NCBI RefSeq assembly: GCF_032444005.1
Contig: NC_091284.1
Span: forward strand, 19,344,001-19,408,000
Source of the DNA: Ranitomeya imitator
Lineage: Eukaryota
Length of the DNA stretch: 64,000 nucleotides
Direction of reading: 5' to 3'
Shown here: one piece after another, positions 45,024 through 60,000 of the stretch
How the letters are laid out: the number at the start of each line of letters is the position of its first letter
Numbering within the stretch: the stretch's first letter is position 1
The notes under the pieces: model-generated
The model's database searches: none
Seen by the model: the letters and a program-made list of their open reading frames with translations, nothing else
What the model was told of the DNA's origin: nothing
Program-made: the position numbers and the translations under genes

Positions 45024-48000
45024 GCAATGCCAGATCCCCAGAATTACAGCATGCCACCACCAGAATAACAGATATTACTGCTTAGTTCATCACCATGGAC
45101 AGCACTGCCAGATCCCCAGAATTACAGCATGCCACCACCAGAATAACAGATATTACTGCTTAGTTCAGCACCATAGACAGCACTGCCAGACCCCCAGAAT
45201 TACAGCATGTCACCACCAGAATAACAGATATTACTGCTTAGTTCAGCACCATGGACAGCACTGCCAGATCCCCAGAATTACAGCATGCCACCACCAGAAT
45301 AACAGATATTACTGCTTAGTTCAGCACCATAGACAGCACTGCCAGACCCCCAGAATTACAGCATGTCACCACCAGAATAACAGATATTACTGCTTAGTTC
45401 AGCACCATGGACAGCAATGCCAGATCCCCAGAATTACAGCATGTCACAACCAGAATAACAGATATTACTCCTTAGTTCATCACCATGTACAGCACTGCCA
45501 GATCCCCAGAATTACAGCATGTCACCACCAGAATAACAGATATTACTGCTTAGTTCATCACCATGGACAGCACTGCCAGACCCCCAGAATTACAGCATGC
45601 CACCACCAGAATAACAGATATTACTCCTTAGTTCATCACCATGTACAGCACTGCCAGATCCCCAGAATTACAGCATGCCACCACCAGAATAACAGATATT
45701 ACTCCTTAGTTCAGCACCATAGACAGCACTGCCAGACCCCCAGAATTACAGCATGTCACCACCAGAATAACAGATATTACTGCTTAGTTCATCACCATGG
45801 ACAGCACTGCCAGATCCCCAGAATTACAGCATGTCACCACCAGAATAACAGATATTACTCCTTAGTTCATCACCATGGACAGCAATACCAGATCCCCAGA
45901 ATTACAGCATGTCACCACCAGAATAACAGATATTACTGCTTAGTTCAGCACCATGGACAGCAATGCCAGATCCCCAGAATTACAGCATGTCACCACCAGA
46001 ATAACAGATATTACTGCTTAGTTCAGCACCATGGACAGCAATGCCAGATCCCCAGAATTACAGCATGTCACCACCAGAATAACAGATATTACTGCTTAGT
46101 TCATCACCATGGACAGCAATGCCAGATCCCCAGAATTACAGCATGTCACCACCAGAATAACAGATATTACTCCTTAGTTCATCACCATGGACAGCAATGC
46201 CAGATCCCCAGAATTACAGCATGCCACCACCAGAATAACAGATATTACTCCTTAGTTCATCACCATGGACAGCAATGCCAGATCCCCAGAATTACAGCAT
46301 GTCACCACCAGAATAACAGATATTACTCCTTAGTTCATCACCATGGACAGCACTGCCAGATCCCCAGAATTACAGCATGTCACCACCAGAATAACAGATA
46401 TTACTGCTTAGTTCATCACCATGTACAGCACTGCCAGATCCCCAGAATTACAGCATGTCACCACCAGAATAACAGATATTACTGCTTAGTTCATCACCAT
46501 GGACAGCACTGCCAGATCCCCAGAATTACAGCATGTCACCACCAGAATAACAGATATTACTCCTTAGTTCATCACCATGGACAGCACTGCCAGATCCCCA
46601 GAATTACAGCATGTCACCACCAGAATAACAGATATTACTCCTTAGTTCAGCACCATGGACAGCAATGCCAGATCCCCAGAATTACAGCATGTCACCACCA
46701 GAATAACAGATATTACTCCTTAGTTCAGCACCATGGACAGCAATGCCAGATCCCCAGAATTACAGCATGTCACCACCAGAATAACAGATATTACTCCTTA
46801 GTTCAGCACCATGGACAGCAATGCCAGATCCCCAGAATTACAGCATGTCACCACCAGAATAACAGATATTACTGCTTAGTTCATCACCATGTACAGCAAT
46901 GCCAGATCCCCAGAATTACAGCATGTCACCACCAGAATAACAGATATTACTCCTTAGTTCATCACCATGGACAGCAATGCCAGATCCCCAGAATTACAGC
47001 ATGCCACCACCAGAATAACAGATATTACTCCTTAGTTCATCACCATGGACAGCAATGCCAGATCCCCAGAATTACAGCATGTCACCACCAGAATAACAGG
47101 TATTACTCCTTAGTTCAGCACCATGGACAGCAATGCCAGATCCCCAGAATTACAGCATGTCACCACCAGAATAACAGATATTACTCCTTAGTTCAGCACC
47201 ATGGACAGCAATGCCAGATCCCCAGAATTACAGCATGTCACCACCAGAATAACAGATATTACTCCTTAGTTCAGCACCATGGACAGCAATGCCAGATCCC
47301 CAGAATTACAGCATGTCACCACCAGAATAACAGATATTACTGCTTAGTTCATCACCATGGACAGCACTGCCAGATCCCCAGAATTACAGCATGTCACCAC
47401 CAGAATAACAGATATTACTGCTTAGTTCATCACCATGTACAGCACTGCCAGATCCCCAGAATTACAGCATGTCACCACCAGAATAACAGATATTACTCCT
47501 TAGTTCAGCACCATGGACAGCAATGCCAGATCCCCAGAATTACAGCATGCCACCACCAGAATAACAGATATTACTCCTTAGTTCAGCACCATGGACAGCA
47601 ATGCCAGATCCCCAGAATTACAGCATGTCACCACCAGAATAACAGATATTACTGCTTAGTTCAGCACCATGGACAGCAATGCCAGATCCCCAGAATTACA
47701 GCATGTCACCACCAGAATAACAGATATTACTCCTTAGTTCAGCACCATGGACAGCAATGCCAGATCCCCAGAATTACAGCATGTCACCACCAGAATAACA
47801 GATATTACTCCTTAGTTCAGCACCATGGACAGCAATGCCAGATCCCCAGAATTACAGCATGTCACCACCAGAATAACAGATATTACTCCTTAGTTCAGCA
47901 CCATGGACAGCAATGCTAGATCCCCAGAATTACAGCATGCCACCACCAGAATAACAGATATTACTGCTTGGGTCAGCACCATGGACAGCAATGCCAGATC

Positions 48001-51000
48001 CCCAGAATTACAGCATGCCACCACCAGAATAACAGATATTACTCCTTAGTTCAGTACCATGGACAGCAATGCCAGATCCCCAGAATTACAGCATGCCACC
48101 ACCAGAATAACAGATATTACTCCTTAGTTCAGCACCATGTACAGCAATGCCAGATCCCCAGAATTACAGCATGTCACCACCAGAATAACAGATATTACTG
48201 CTTAGTTCAGCACCATGGACAGCAATGCTAGATCCCCAGAATTACAGCATGCCACCACCAGAATAACAGATATTACTGCTTGGGTCAGCACCATGGACAG
48301 CAATGCCAGATCTCCAGAATTACAGCATGCCACCACCAGAATAACAGATATTACTCCTTAGTTCAGTACCATGGACAGCAATGCCAAATCCCCAGAATTA
48401 CAGCATGCCACCACCAGAATAACAGATATTACTCCTTAGTTCAGCACCATGTACAGCAATGCCAGATCCCCAGAATTACAGCATGCCACCACCAGAATAA
48501 CAGATATTACTCCTTAGTTCAGCACCATGGACAGCAATGCCAGATCCCCAGAATTACAGCATGCTTCCACCAGAATAACAGATATTACTCCTTAGTTCAG
48601 CACCATGGACAGCAATGTCAGATCCCCAGAATTACAGCATGTCACCACCAGAATAACAGATATTACTGCTTAGTTCAGTACCATGGACAGCACTGCCAGA
48701 TCCCCAGAATTACAGCATGTCACCACCAGAATAACAGATATTACTGCTTAGTTCATCACCATGGACAGCAATGCCAGATCCCCAGAATTACAGCATGCCT
48801 CCACCATAATAACAGATATTACTGCTTAGTTCAGCACCATGGACAGCAATGCCGGATCCCCAGAATTACAGCATGTCACCACCAGAATAACAGATATTAC
48901 TGCTTAGTTCATCACCATGGACAGCAATGCCGGATCCCCAGAATTACAGCATGTCACCACCAGAATAACAGATATTACTGCTTAGTTCATCACCATGGAC
49001 AGCAATGCCAGATCCCCAGAATTACAGCATGTCACCACCAGAATAACAGATATTACTGCTTAGTTCAGCACCATGGACAGCAATGCCAGATCCCCAGAAT
49101 TACAGCATGTCACCACCAGAATAACAGATATTACTGCTTAGTTCAGCACCATGGACAGCAATGCCAGATCCCCAGAATTACAGCATGCTTCCACCAGAAT
49201 AACAGATATTACTCCTTAGTTCAGCACCATGGACAGCAATGTCAGATCCCCAGAATTACAGCATGTCACCACCAGAATAACAGATATTACTGCTTAGTTC
49301 AGTACCATGGACAGCACTGCCAGATCCCCAGAATTACAGCATGTCACCACCAGAATAACAGATATTACTGCTTAGTTCATCACCATGGACAGCAATGCCA
49401 GATCCCCAGAATTACAGCATGCCTCCACCATAATAACAGATATTACTGCTTAGTTCAGCACCATGGACAGCAATGCCGGATCCCCAGAATTACAGCATGT
49501 CACCACCAGAATAACAGATATTACTGCTTAGTTCAGCACCATGGACAGCAATGCCAGATCCCCAGAATTACAGCATGTCACCACCAGAATAACAGATATT
49601 ACTGCTTAGTTCATCAACATGGACAGCAATGCCGGATCCCCAGAATTACAGCATGTCACCACCAGAATAACAGATATTACTGCTTAGTTCAGCACCATGG
49701 ACAGCAATGCCAGATCCCCAGAATTACAGCATGCCACCACCAGAATAACAGATATTACTCCTTAGTTCATCACCATGGACAGCACTGCCAGATCCCCAGA
49801 ATTACAGCATGCCACCACCAGAATAACAGATATTACTGCTTAGTTCATCACCATGGACAACAATGCCAGATCCCCAGAATTACAGCATGTCACCACCAGA
49901 ATAACAGATATTACTGCTTAGTTCAGCACCATGGACAGCACTGCCAGATCCCCAGAATTACAGCATGCCACCACCAGAATAACAGATATTACTCCTTAGT
50001 TCATCACCATGGACAGCAATGCTAGATCCCCAGAATTACAGCATGCCACCACCAGAATAACAGATATTACTGCTTAGTTCATCACCATGGACAGCAATGC
50101 CAGATCCCCAGAATTACAGCATGCCACCACCAGAATAACAGATATTACTGCTTAGTTCATCACCATGGACAGCAATGCCAGATCCCCAGAATTACAGCAT
50201 GCCACCACCAGAATAACAGATATTACTCCTTAGTTCATCACCATGGACAGCACTGCCAGATCCCCAGAATTACAGCATGTCACCTCCAGAATAACAGATA
50301 TTACTGCTTAGTTCAGCACCATGGACAGCAATGCCAGATCCCCAGAATTACAGCATGCCACCACCAGAATAACAGATATTACTCCTTAGTTCATCACCAT
50401 GGACAGCACTGCCAGATCCCCAGAATTACAGCATGTCACCTCCAGAATAACAGATATTACTGCTTAGTTCAGCACCATGGACAGCAATGCCAGATCCCCA
50501 GAATTACAGCATGCCACCACCAGAATAACAGATATTACTGCTTAGTTCATCACCATGGACAGCAATGCCAGATCCCCAGAATTACAGCATGCCACCACCA
50601 GAATAACAGATATTACTGCTTAGTTCATCACCATGGACAGCAATGCCAGATCCCCAGAATTACAGCATGTCACCACCAGAATAACAGATATTACTGCTTA
50701 GTTCAGCACCATGGACAGCAATGTCAGATCCCCAGAATTACAGCATGTCACCACCAGAATAACAGATATTACTGCTTAGTTCATCACCATGGACAGCAAT
50801 GCCAGATCCCCAGAATTACAGCATGTCACCACCAGAATAACAGATATTACTGCTTAGTTCATCACCATGGACAGCACTGCCAGATCCCCAGAATTACAGC
50901 ATGTCACCACCAGAATAACAGATATTACTGCTTAGTTCAGCACCATGGACAGCAATGCCAGATCCCCAGAATTACAGCATGCCACCACCAGAATAACAGA

Positions 51001-54000
51001 TATTACTCCTTAGTTCATCACCATGGACAGCACTGCCAGATCCCCAGAATTACAGCATGCCACCACCATAATAACAGATATTACTGCTTAGTTCAGCACC
51101 ATGGACAGCACTGCCAGATCCCCAGAATTACAGCATGTCACCACCAGAATAACAGATATTACTCCTTAGTTCAGCACCATGGACAGCAATGCCAGATCCC
51201 CAGAATTACAGCATGTCACCACCAGAATAACAGATATTACTGCTTAGTTCAGCACCATGGACAGCAATGCCGGATCCCCAGAATTACAGCATGTCACCAC
51301 CAGAATAACAGATATTACTCCTTAGTTCAGCACCATGGACAGCAATGCCAGATCCCCAGAATTACAGCATGTCACCACCAGAATAACAGATATTACTGCT
51401 TAGTTCATCACCATGGACAGCAATGCCAGATCCCCAGAATTACAGCATGCCACCACCAGAATAACAGATATTACTCCTTAGTTCATCACCATGGACAGCA
51501 ATGCCAGATCCCCAGAATTACAGCATGTCACCACCAGAATAACAGATATTACTCCTTAGTTCATCACCATGGACAGCACTGCCAGATCCCCAGAATTACA
51601 GCATGCCACCACCAGAATAACAGATATTACTGCTTAGTTCATCACCATGGACAGCAATGCCAGATCCCCAGAATTACAGCATGTCACCTCCAGAATAACA
51701 GATATTACTGCTTAGTTCAGCACCATGGACAGCACTGCCAGATCCCCAGAATTACAGCATGCCACCACCAGAATAACAGATATTACTGCTTAGTTCATCA
51801 CCATGGACAGCACTGCCAGATCCCCAGAATTACAGCATGCCACCACCAGAATAACAGATATTACTGCTTAGTTCATCACCATGGACAGCAATGCCGGATC
51901 TCCAGAATTACAGCATGTCACCACCAGAATAACAGATATTACTCCTTAGTTCATCACCATGGACAGCACTGCCAGATCCCCAGAATTACAGCATGCCACC
52001 ACCAGAATAACAGATATTACTGCTTAGTTCAGCACCATGGACAGCACTGCCAGATCCCCAGAATTACAGCATGCCACCACCAGAATAACAGATATTACTG
52101 CTTAGTTCATCACCATGGACAGCAATGCCAGATCTCCAGAATTACAGCATGTCACCACCAGAATAACAGATATTACTCCTTAGTTCAGCACCATGGACTG
52201 CAATGCCAGATCCCCAGAATTACAGCATGCCACCCCCAGAATAACAGATATTACTCCTTAGTTCAGCACCATGGACAGCAATGCCAGATCCCCAGAATTA
52301 TAGCATGTCATCACCAGAATAACAGATATTACTGCTTAGTTCAGCACCATGGACTGCAATGCCAGATCCCCAGAATTACAGCATGCCACCCCCAGAATAA
52401 CAGATATTACTCCTTAGTTCAGCACCATGGACAGCAATGCCAGATCCCCAGAATTACAGCATGTCACCACCAGAATAACAGATATTACTCCTTAGTTCAG
52501 CACCATGGACAGCAATGCCAGATCCCCAGAATTATAGCATGTCATCACCAGAATAACAGATATTACTCCTTAGTTCAGCACCATGGACAGCAATGCCAGA
52601 TCTCCAGAATTACAGCATGCCACCACCAGAATAACAGATATTACTCCTTAGTTCATCACCATGGACAGCAATGCCGGATCCCCAGAATTACAGCATGCCA
52701 CCACCAGAATAACAGATATTACTGCTTAGTTCATCACCATGGACAGCAATGCCAGATCCCCAGAATTACAGCATGGCACCACCAGAATAACAGATATTAC
52801 TGCTTAGTTCAGCACCATGGACAGCAATGCCAGATCTCCAGAATTACAGCATGTCACCACCAGAATAACAGATATTACTGCTTAGTTCAGCACCATGGAC
52901 AGCACTGCCAGATCCCCAGAATTATAGCATGCCACCACCAGAATAACAGATATTACTGCTTAGTTCAGCACCATGGACAGCAATGCCAGATCTCCAGAAT
53001 TATAGCATGTCACCACCAGAATAACAGATATTACTGCTTAGTTCAGCACCATGGACAGCACTGCCAGATCCCCAGAATTATAGCATGCCACCACCAGAAT
53101 AACAGATATTACTGCTTAGTTCAGCACCATGGACAACAATGCCAGATCTCCAGAATTATAGCATGCCACCACCAGAATAACAGATATTACTGCTTAGTTC
53201 AGCACCATGGACAGCAATGCCAGATCTCCAGAATTATAGCATGTCACCACCAGAATAACAGATATTACTGCTTAGTTCATCACCATAGACAGCAATGCCA
53301 GATCTCCAGAATTACAGCATGTCACCACCAGAATAACAGATATTACTGCTTAGTTCATCACCATGGACAGCACTGCCAGATCCCCAGAATTATAGCATGT
53401 CACCACCAGAATAACAGATATTACTGCTTAGTTCAGCACCATGGACAGCAATGCCAGATCCCCAGAATTACAGCATGTCACCACCAGAATAACAGATATT
53501 ACTCCTTAGTTCATCACCATGGACAGCAATGCCAGATCCCCAGAATTACAGCATGTCACCACCAGAATAACAGATATTACTGCTTAGTTCATCACCATGG
53601 ACAGCACTGCCAGATCCCCAGAATTATAGCATGTCACCACCAGAATAACAGATATTACTGCTTAGTTCAGCACCATGGACAGCAATGCCAGATCCCCAGA
53701 ATTACAGCATGCCACCACCATAATAACAGATATTACTGCTTAGTTCATCACCATGGACAGCAATGCCAGATCCCCAGAATTACAGCATGTCACCACCAGA
53801 ATAACAGATATTACTGCTTAGTTCATCACCATGGACAGCAATGCCAGATCCCCAGAATTACAGCATGCCACCACCAGAATAACAGATATTACTGCTTAGT
53901 TCATCACCATGGACAGCAATGCCAGATCCCCAGAATTACAGCATGTCACCACCAGAATAACAGATATTACTCCTTAGTTCATCACCATGGACAGCAATGC

Positions 54001-57000
54001 CAGATCCCCAGAATTACAGCATGTCACCACCAGAATAACAGATATTACTGCTTAGTTCATCACCATGGACAGCAATGCCAGATCCCCAGAATTACAGCAT
54101 GCCACCACCAGAATAACAGATATTACTGCTTAGTTCATCACCATGGACAGCAATGCCAGATCCCCAGAATTACAGCATGTCACCACCAGAATAACAGATA
54201 TTACTCCTTAGTTCAGCACCATGGACAGCAATGCCGGATCCCCAGAATTACAGCATGCTTCCACCAGAATAACAGATATTACTGCTTAGTTCATCACCAT
54301 GGACAGCAATGTCAGATCCCCAGAATTACAGCATGCCACCACCAGAATAACAGATATTACTGCTTAGTTCAGCACCATGGACAGCAATGCCGGATCCCCA
54401 GAATTACAGCATGTCACCACCAGAATAACAGATATTACTCCTTAGTTCAGCACCATGGACAGCAATGCCGGATCCCCAGAATTACAGCATGTCACCACCA
54501 GAATAACAGATATTACTCCTTAGTTCATCACCATGGACAGCAATGCCAGATCCCCAGAATTACAGCATGCCACCACCAGAATAACAGATATTACTCCTTA
54601 GTTCATCACCATGGACAGCAATGCCAGATCCCCAGAATTACAGCATGCCACCACCAGAATAACAGATATTACTCCTTAGTTCATCACCATGGACAGCAAT
54701 GCCAGATCCCCAGAATTACAGCATGTCACCACCAGAATAACAGATATTACTCCTTGATTCATCACCATGGACAGCAATGCCGGATCCCCAGAATTACAGC
54801 ATGTCACCTCCAGAATAACAGATATTACTGCTTAGTTCAGCACCATGGACAGCAATGCCGGATCCCCAGAATTACAGCATGTCACCACCAGAATAACAGA
54901 TATTACTCCTTGATTCATCACCATGGACAGCAATGCCGGATCCCCAGAATTACAGCATGTCACCTCCAGAATAACAGATATTACTGCTTAGTTCAGCACC
55001 ATGGACAGCAATGCCGGATCCCCAGAATTACAGCATGCCACCACCAGAATAACAGATATTACTGCTTAGTTCAGCACCATGGACAGCAATGCCGGATCCC
55101 CAGAATTACAGCATGTCACCTCCAGAATAACAGATATTACTCCTTAGTTCATCACCATGGACAGCAATGCCAGATCCCCAGAATTACAGCATGTCACCAC
55201 CAGAATAACAGATATTACTGCTTAGTTCAGCACCACGGACAGCAATGCCGGATCCCCAGAATTACAGCATGTCACCACCAGAATAACAGATATTACTGCT
55301 TAGTTCATCACCATGGACAACAATGCCGGATCCCCAGAATTACAGCATGTCACCAACAGAATAACAGATATTACTCCTTAGTTCAGCACCATGGACAGCA
55401 ATGCCAGATCCCCAGAATTACAGCATGTCACCACCAGAATAACAGATATTACTGCTTAGTTCATCACCATGGACAGCAATGCCAGATCCCCAGAATTACA
55501 GCATGTCACCAACAGAATAACAGATATTACTCCTTAGTTCAGCACCATGGACAGCAATGCCGGATCCCCAGAATTACAGCATGTCACCACCAGAATAACA
55601 GATATTACTGCTTAGTTCATCACCATGGACAGCAATGCCAGATCCCCAGAATTACAGCATGTCACCACCAGAATAACAGATATTACTGCTTAGTTCAGCA
55701 CCATGGACAGCAATGCCAGATCCCCAGAATTACAGCATGTCACCACCAGAATAACAGATATTACTGCTTAGTTCATCACCATGGACAGCAATGCCAGATC
55801 CCCAGAATTACAGCATGCCACCACCAGAATAACAGATATTACTCCTTAGTTCAGCACCATGGACAGCAATGCCAGATCCCCAGAATTACAGCATGTCACC
55901 ACCAGAATAACAGATATTACTGCTTAGTTCATCACCATGGACAGCAATGCCAGATCCCCAGAATTACAGCATGTCACCACCAGAATAACAGATATTACTG
56001 CTTAGTTCATCACCATGGACAGCAATGCCGGATCACCAGAATTACAGCATGCCACCACCAGAATAACAGATATTACTGCTTAGTTCAGCACCATGGACAG
56101 CAATGCCAGATCCCCAGAATTACAGCATGTCACCACCAGAATAACAGATATTACTGCTTAGTTCATCACCATGGACAGCAATGCCAGATCCCCAGAATTA
56201 CAGCATGTCACCACCAGAATAACAGATATTACTGCTTAGTTCAGCACCATGGACAGCAATGCCGGATCCCCAGAATTACAGCATGTCACCACCAGAATAA
56301 CAGATATTACTGCTTAGTTCAGCACCATGGACAGCAATGCCAGATCCCCAGAATTACAGCATGCCACCACCAGAATAACAGATATTACTCCTTAGTTCAT
56401 CACCATGGACAGCACTGTCAGATCCCCAGAATTACAGCATGCCTCCACCAGAATAACAGATATTACTCCTTAGTTCATCACCATGGACAGCAATGCCAGA
56501 TCCCCAGAATTACAGCATGCCACCACCAGAATAACAGATATTACTGCTTAGTTCATCACCATGGACAGCAATGCCAGATCCCCAGAATTACAGCATGTCA
56601 CCACCAGAATAACAGATATTACTGCTTAGTTCATCACCATGGACAGCAATGCCAGATCCCCAGAATTACAGCATGCCACCACCAGAATAACAGATATTAC
56701 TCCTTAGTTCATCACCATGGACAGCACTGCCAGATCCCCAGAATTACAGCATGTCACCACCAGAATAACAGATATTACTGCTTAGTTCATCACCATGGAC
56801 AGCATTGCCGGATCACCAGAATTACAGCATGCCACCACCAGAATAACAGATATTACTGCTTAGTTCAGCACCATGGACAGCAATGCCAGATCCCCAGAAT
56901 TACAGCATGCTTCCACCAGAATAACAGATATTACTGCTTAGTTCATCACCATGGACAGCAATGCCGGATCACCAGAATTACAGCATGCCACCACTAGAAT

Positions 57001-60000
57001 AACAGATATTACTGCTTAGTTCAGCACCATGGACAGCAATGCCAGATCCCCAGAATTACAGCATGTCACCACCAGAATAACAGATATTACTGCTTAGTTC
57101 ATCACCATGGACAGCAATGCCAGATCCCCAGAATTACAGCATGTCACCACCAGAATAACAGATATTACTCCTTAGTTCAGCACCATGGACAGCAATGCCG
57201 GATCCCCAGAATTACAGCATGCTTCCACCAGAATAACAGATATTACTGCTTAGTTCATCACCATGGACAGCAATGTCAGATCCCCAGAATTACAGCATGC
57301 CACCACCAGAATAACAGATATTACTGCTTAGTTCAGCACCATGGACAGCAATGCCGGATCCCCAGAATTACAGCATGCCTCCACCAGAATAACAGATATT
57401 ACTGCTTAGTTCAGCACCATGGACAGCAATGCCGGATCCCCAGAATTACAGCATGTCACCTCCAGAATAACAGATATTACTCCTTAGTTCATCATCATGG
57501 ACAGCAATGCCGGATCCCCAGAATTACAGCATGTCACCACCAGAATAACAGATATTACTCCTTAGTTCAGCACCATGGACAGCAATGCCAGATCCCCAGA
57601 ATTACAGCATGCCACCTCCAGAATAACAGATATTACTGCTTAGTTCATCACCATGGACAGCAATGCCAGATCCCCAGAATTACAGCATGTCACCACCAGA
57701 ATAACAGATATTACTCCTTAGTTCATCACCATGGACAGTAATGCCAGATCCCCAGAATTATAGCATGTCACCACCAGAATAACAGATATTACTCCTTAGT
57801 TCATCACCATGGACAGCAATGCCGGATCCCCAGAATTACAGCATGTCACCTCCAGAATAACAGATATTACTGCTTAGTTCAGCACCATGGACAGCAATGC
57901 CAGATCCCCAGAATTACAGCATGTCACCACCAGAATAACAGATATTACTCCTTAGTTCAGCACCATGGACAGCAATGCCAGATCCCCAGAATTACAGCAT
58001 GTCACCACCAGAATAACAGATATTACTGCTTAGTTCATCACCATGGACAGCAATGCCGGATCCCCAGAATTACAGCATGCCACCACCAGAATAACAGATA
58101 TTACTGCTTAGTTCAGCACCATGGACAGCAATGCCGGATCCCCAGAATTACAGCATGTCACCTCCAGAATAACAGATATTACTCCTTAGTTCATCACCAT
58201 GGACAGCAATGCCAGATCCCCAGAATTACAGCATGTCACCAACAGAATAACAGATATTACTCCTTAGTTCAGCACCATGGACAGCAATGCCGGATCCCCA
58301 GAATTACAGCATGTCACCACCAGAATAACAGATATTACTCCTTAGTTCATCACCATGGACAGCAATGCCAGATCCCCAGAATTACAGCATGTCACCAACA
58401 GAATAACAGATATTACTCCTTAGTTCAGCACCATGGACAGCAATGCCGGATCCCCAGAATTACAGCATGTCACCACCAGAATAACAGATATTACTCCTTA
58501 GTTCAGCACCATGGACAGCAATGCCAGATCCCCAGAATTACAGCATGCCACCACCAGAATAACAGATATTACTCCTTAGTTCATCACCATGGACAGCAAT
58601 GCCAGATCCCCAGAATTACAGCATGTCACCAACAGAATAACAGATATTACTCCTTAGTTCAGCACCATGGACAGCAATGCCGGATCCCCAGAATTACAGC
58701 ATGTCACCACCAGAATAACAGATATTACTCCTTAGTTCAGCACCATGGACAGCAATGCCAGATCCCCAGAATTACAGCATGTCACCACCAGAATAACAGA
58801 TATTACTGCTTAGTTCATCACCATGGACAGCAATGCCGGATCCCCAGAATTACAGCATGTCACCACCAGAATAACAGATATTACTGCTTAGTTCATCACC
58901 ATGGACAGCAATGCCAGATCCCCAGAATTACAGCATGCCACCACCAGAATAACAGATATTACTGCTTAGTTCATCACCATGGACAGCAATGCCGGATCAC
59001 CAGAATTACAGCATGCCACCACCAGAATAACAGATATTACTGCTTAGTTCAGCACCATGGACAGCAATGCCAGATCCCCAGAATTACAGCATGTCACCAC
59101 CAGAATAACAGATATTACTGCTTAGTTCATCACCATGGACAGCAATGCCAGATCCCCAGAATTACAGCATGTCACCACCAGAATAACAGATATTACTGCT
59201 TAGTTCATCACCATGGACAGCAATGCCGGATCACCAGAATTACAGCATGCCACCACCAGAATAACATATATTACTGCTTAGTTCAGCACCATGGACAGCA
59301 ATGCCAGATCCCCAGAATTACAGCATGTCACCTCCAGAATAACAGATATTACTCCTTAGTTCATCACCATGGACAGCAATGCCAGATCCCCAGAATTACA
59401 GCATGTCACCACCAGAATAACAGATATTACTGCTTAGTTCAGCACCATGGACAGCAATGCCGGATCCCCAGAATTACAGCATGTCACCACCAGAATAACA
59501 GATATTACTGCTTAGTTCATCACCATGGACAGCAATGCCAGATCCCCAGAATTACAGCATGTCACCACCAGAATAACAGATATTACTGCTTAGTTCATCA
59601 CCATGGACAGTAATGCCGGATCACCAGAATTACAGCATGCCACCACCAGAATAACAGATATTACTGCTTAGTTCATCACCATGGAGAGCAATGCCAGATC
59701 CCCAGAATTACAGCATGCCACCACCAGAATAACAGATATTACTGCTTAGTTCATCACCATGGACAGCAATGCCAGATCCCCAGAATTACAGCATGTCACC
59801 TCCAGAATAACAGATATTACTCCTTAGTTCATCACCATGGACAGCAATGCCAGATCCCCAGAATTACAGCATGTCACCTCCAGAATAACAGATATTACTG
59901 CTTAGTTCAGCACCATGGACAGCAATGCCAGATCCCCAGAATTACAGCATGCCACCACCAGAATAACAGATATTACTCCTTAGTTCATCACCATGGACAG

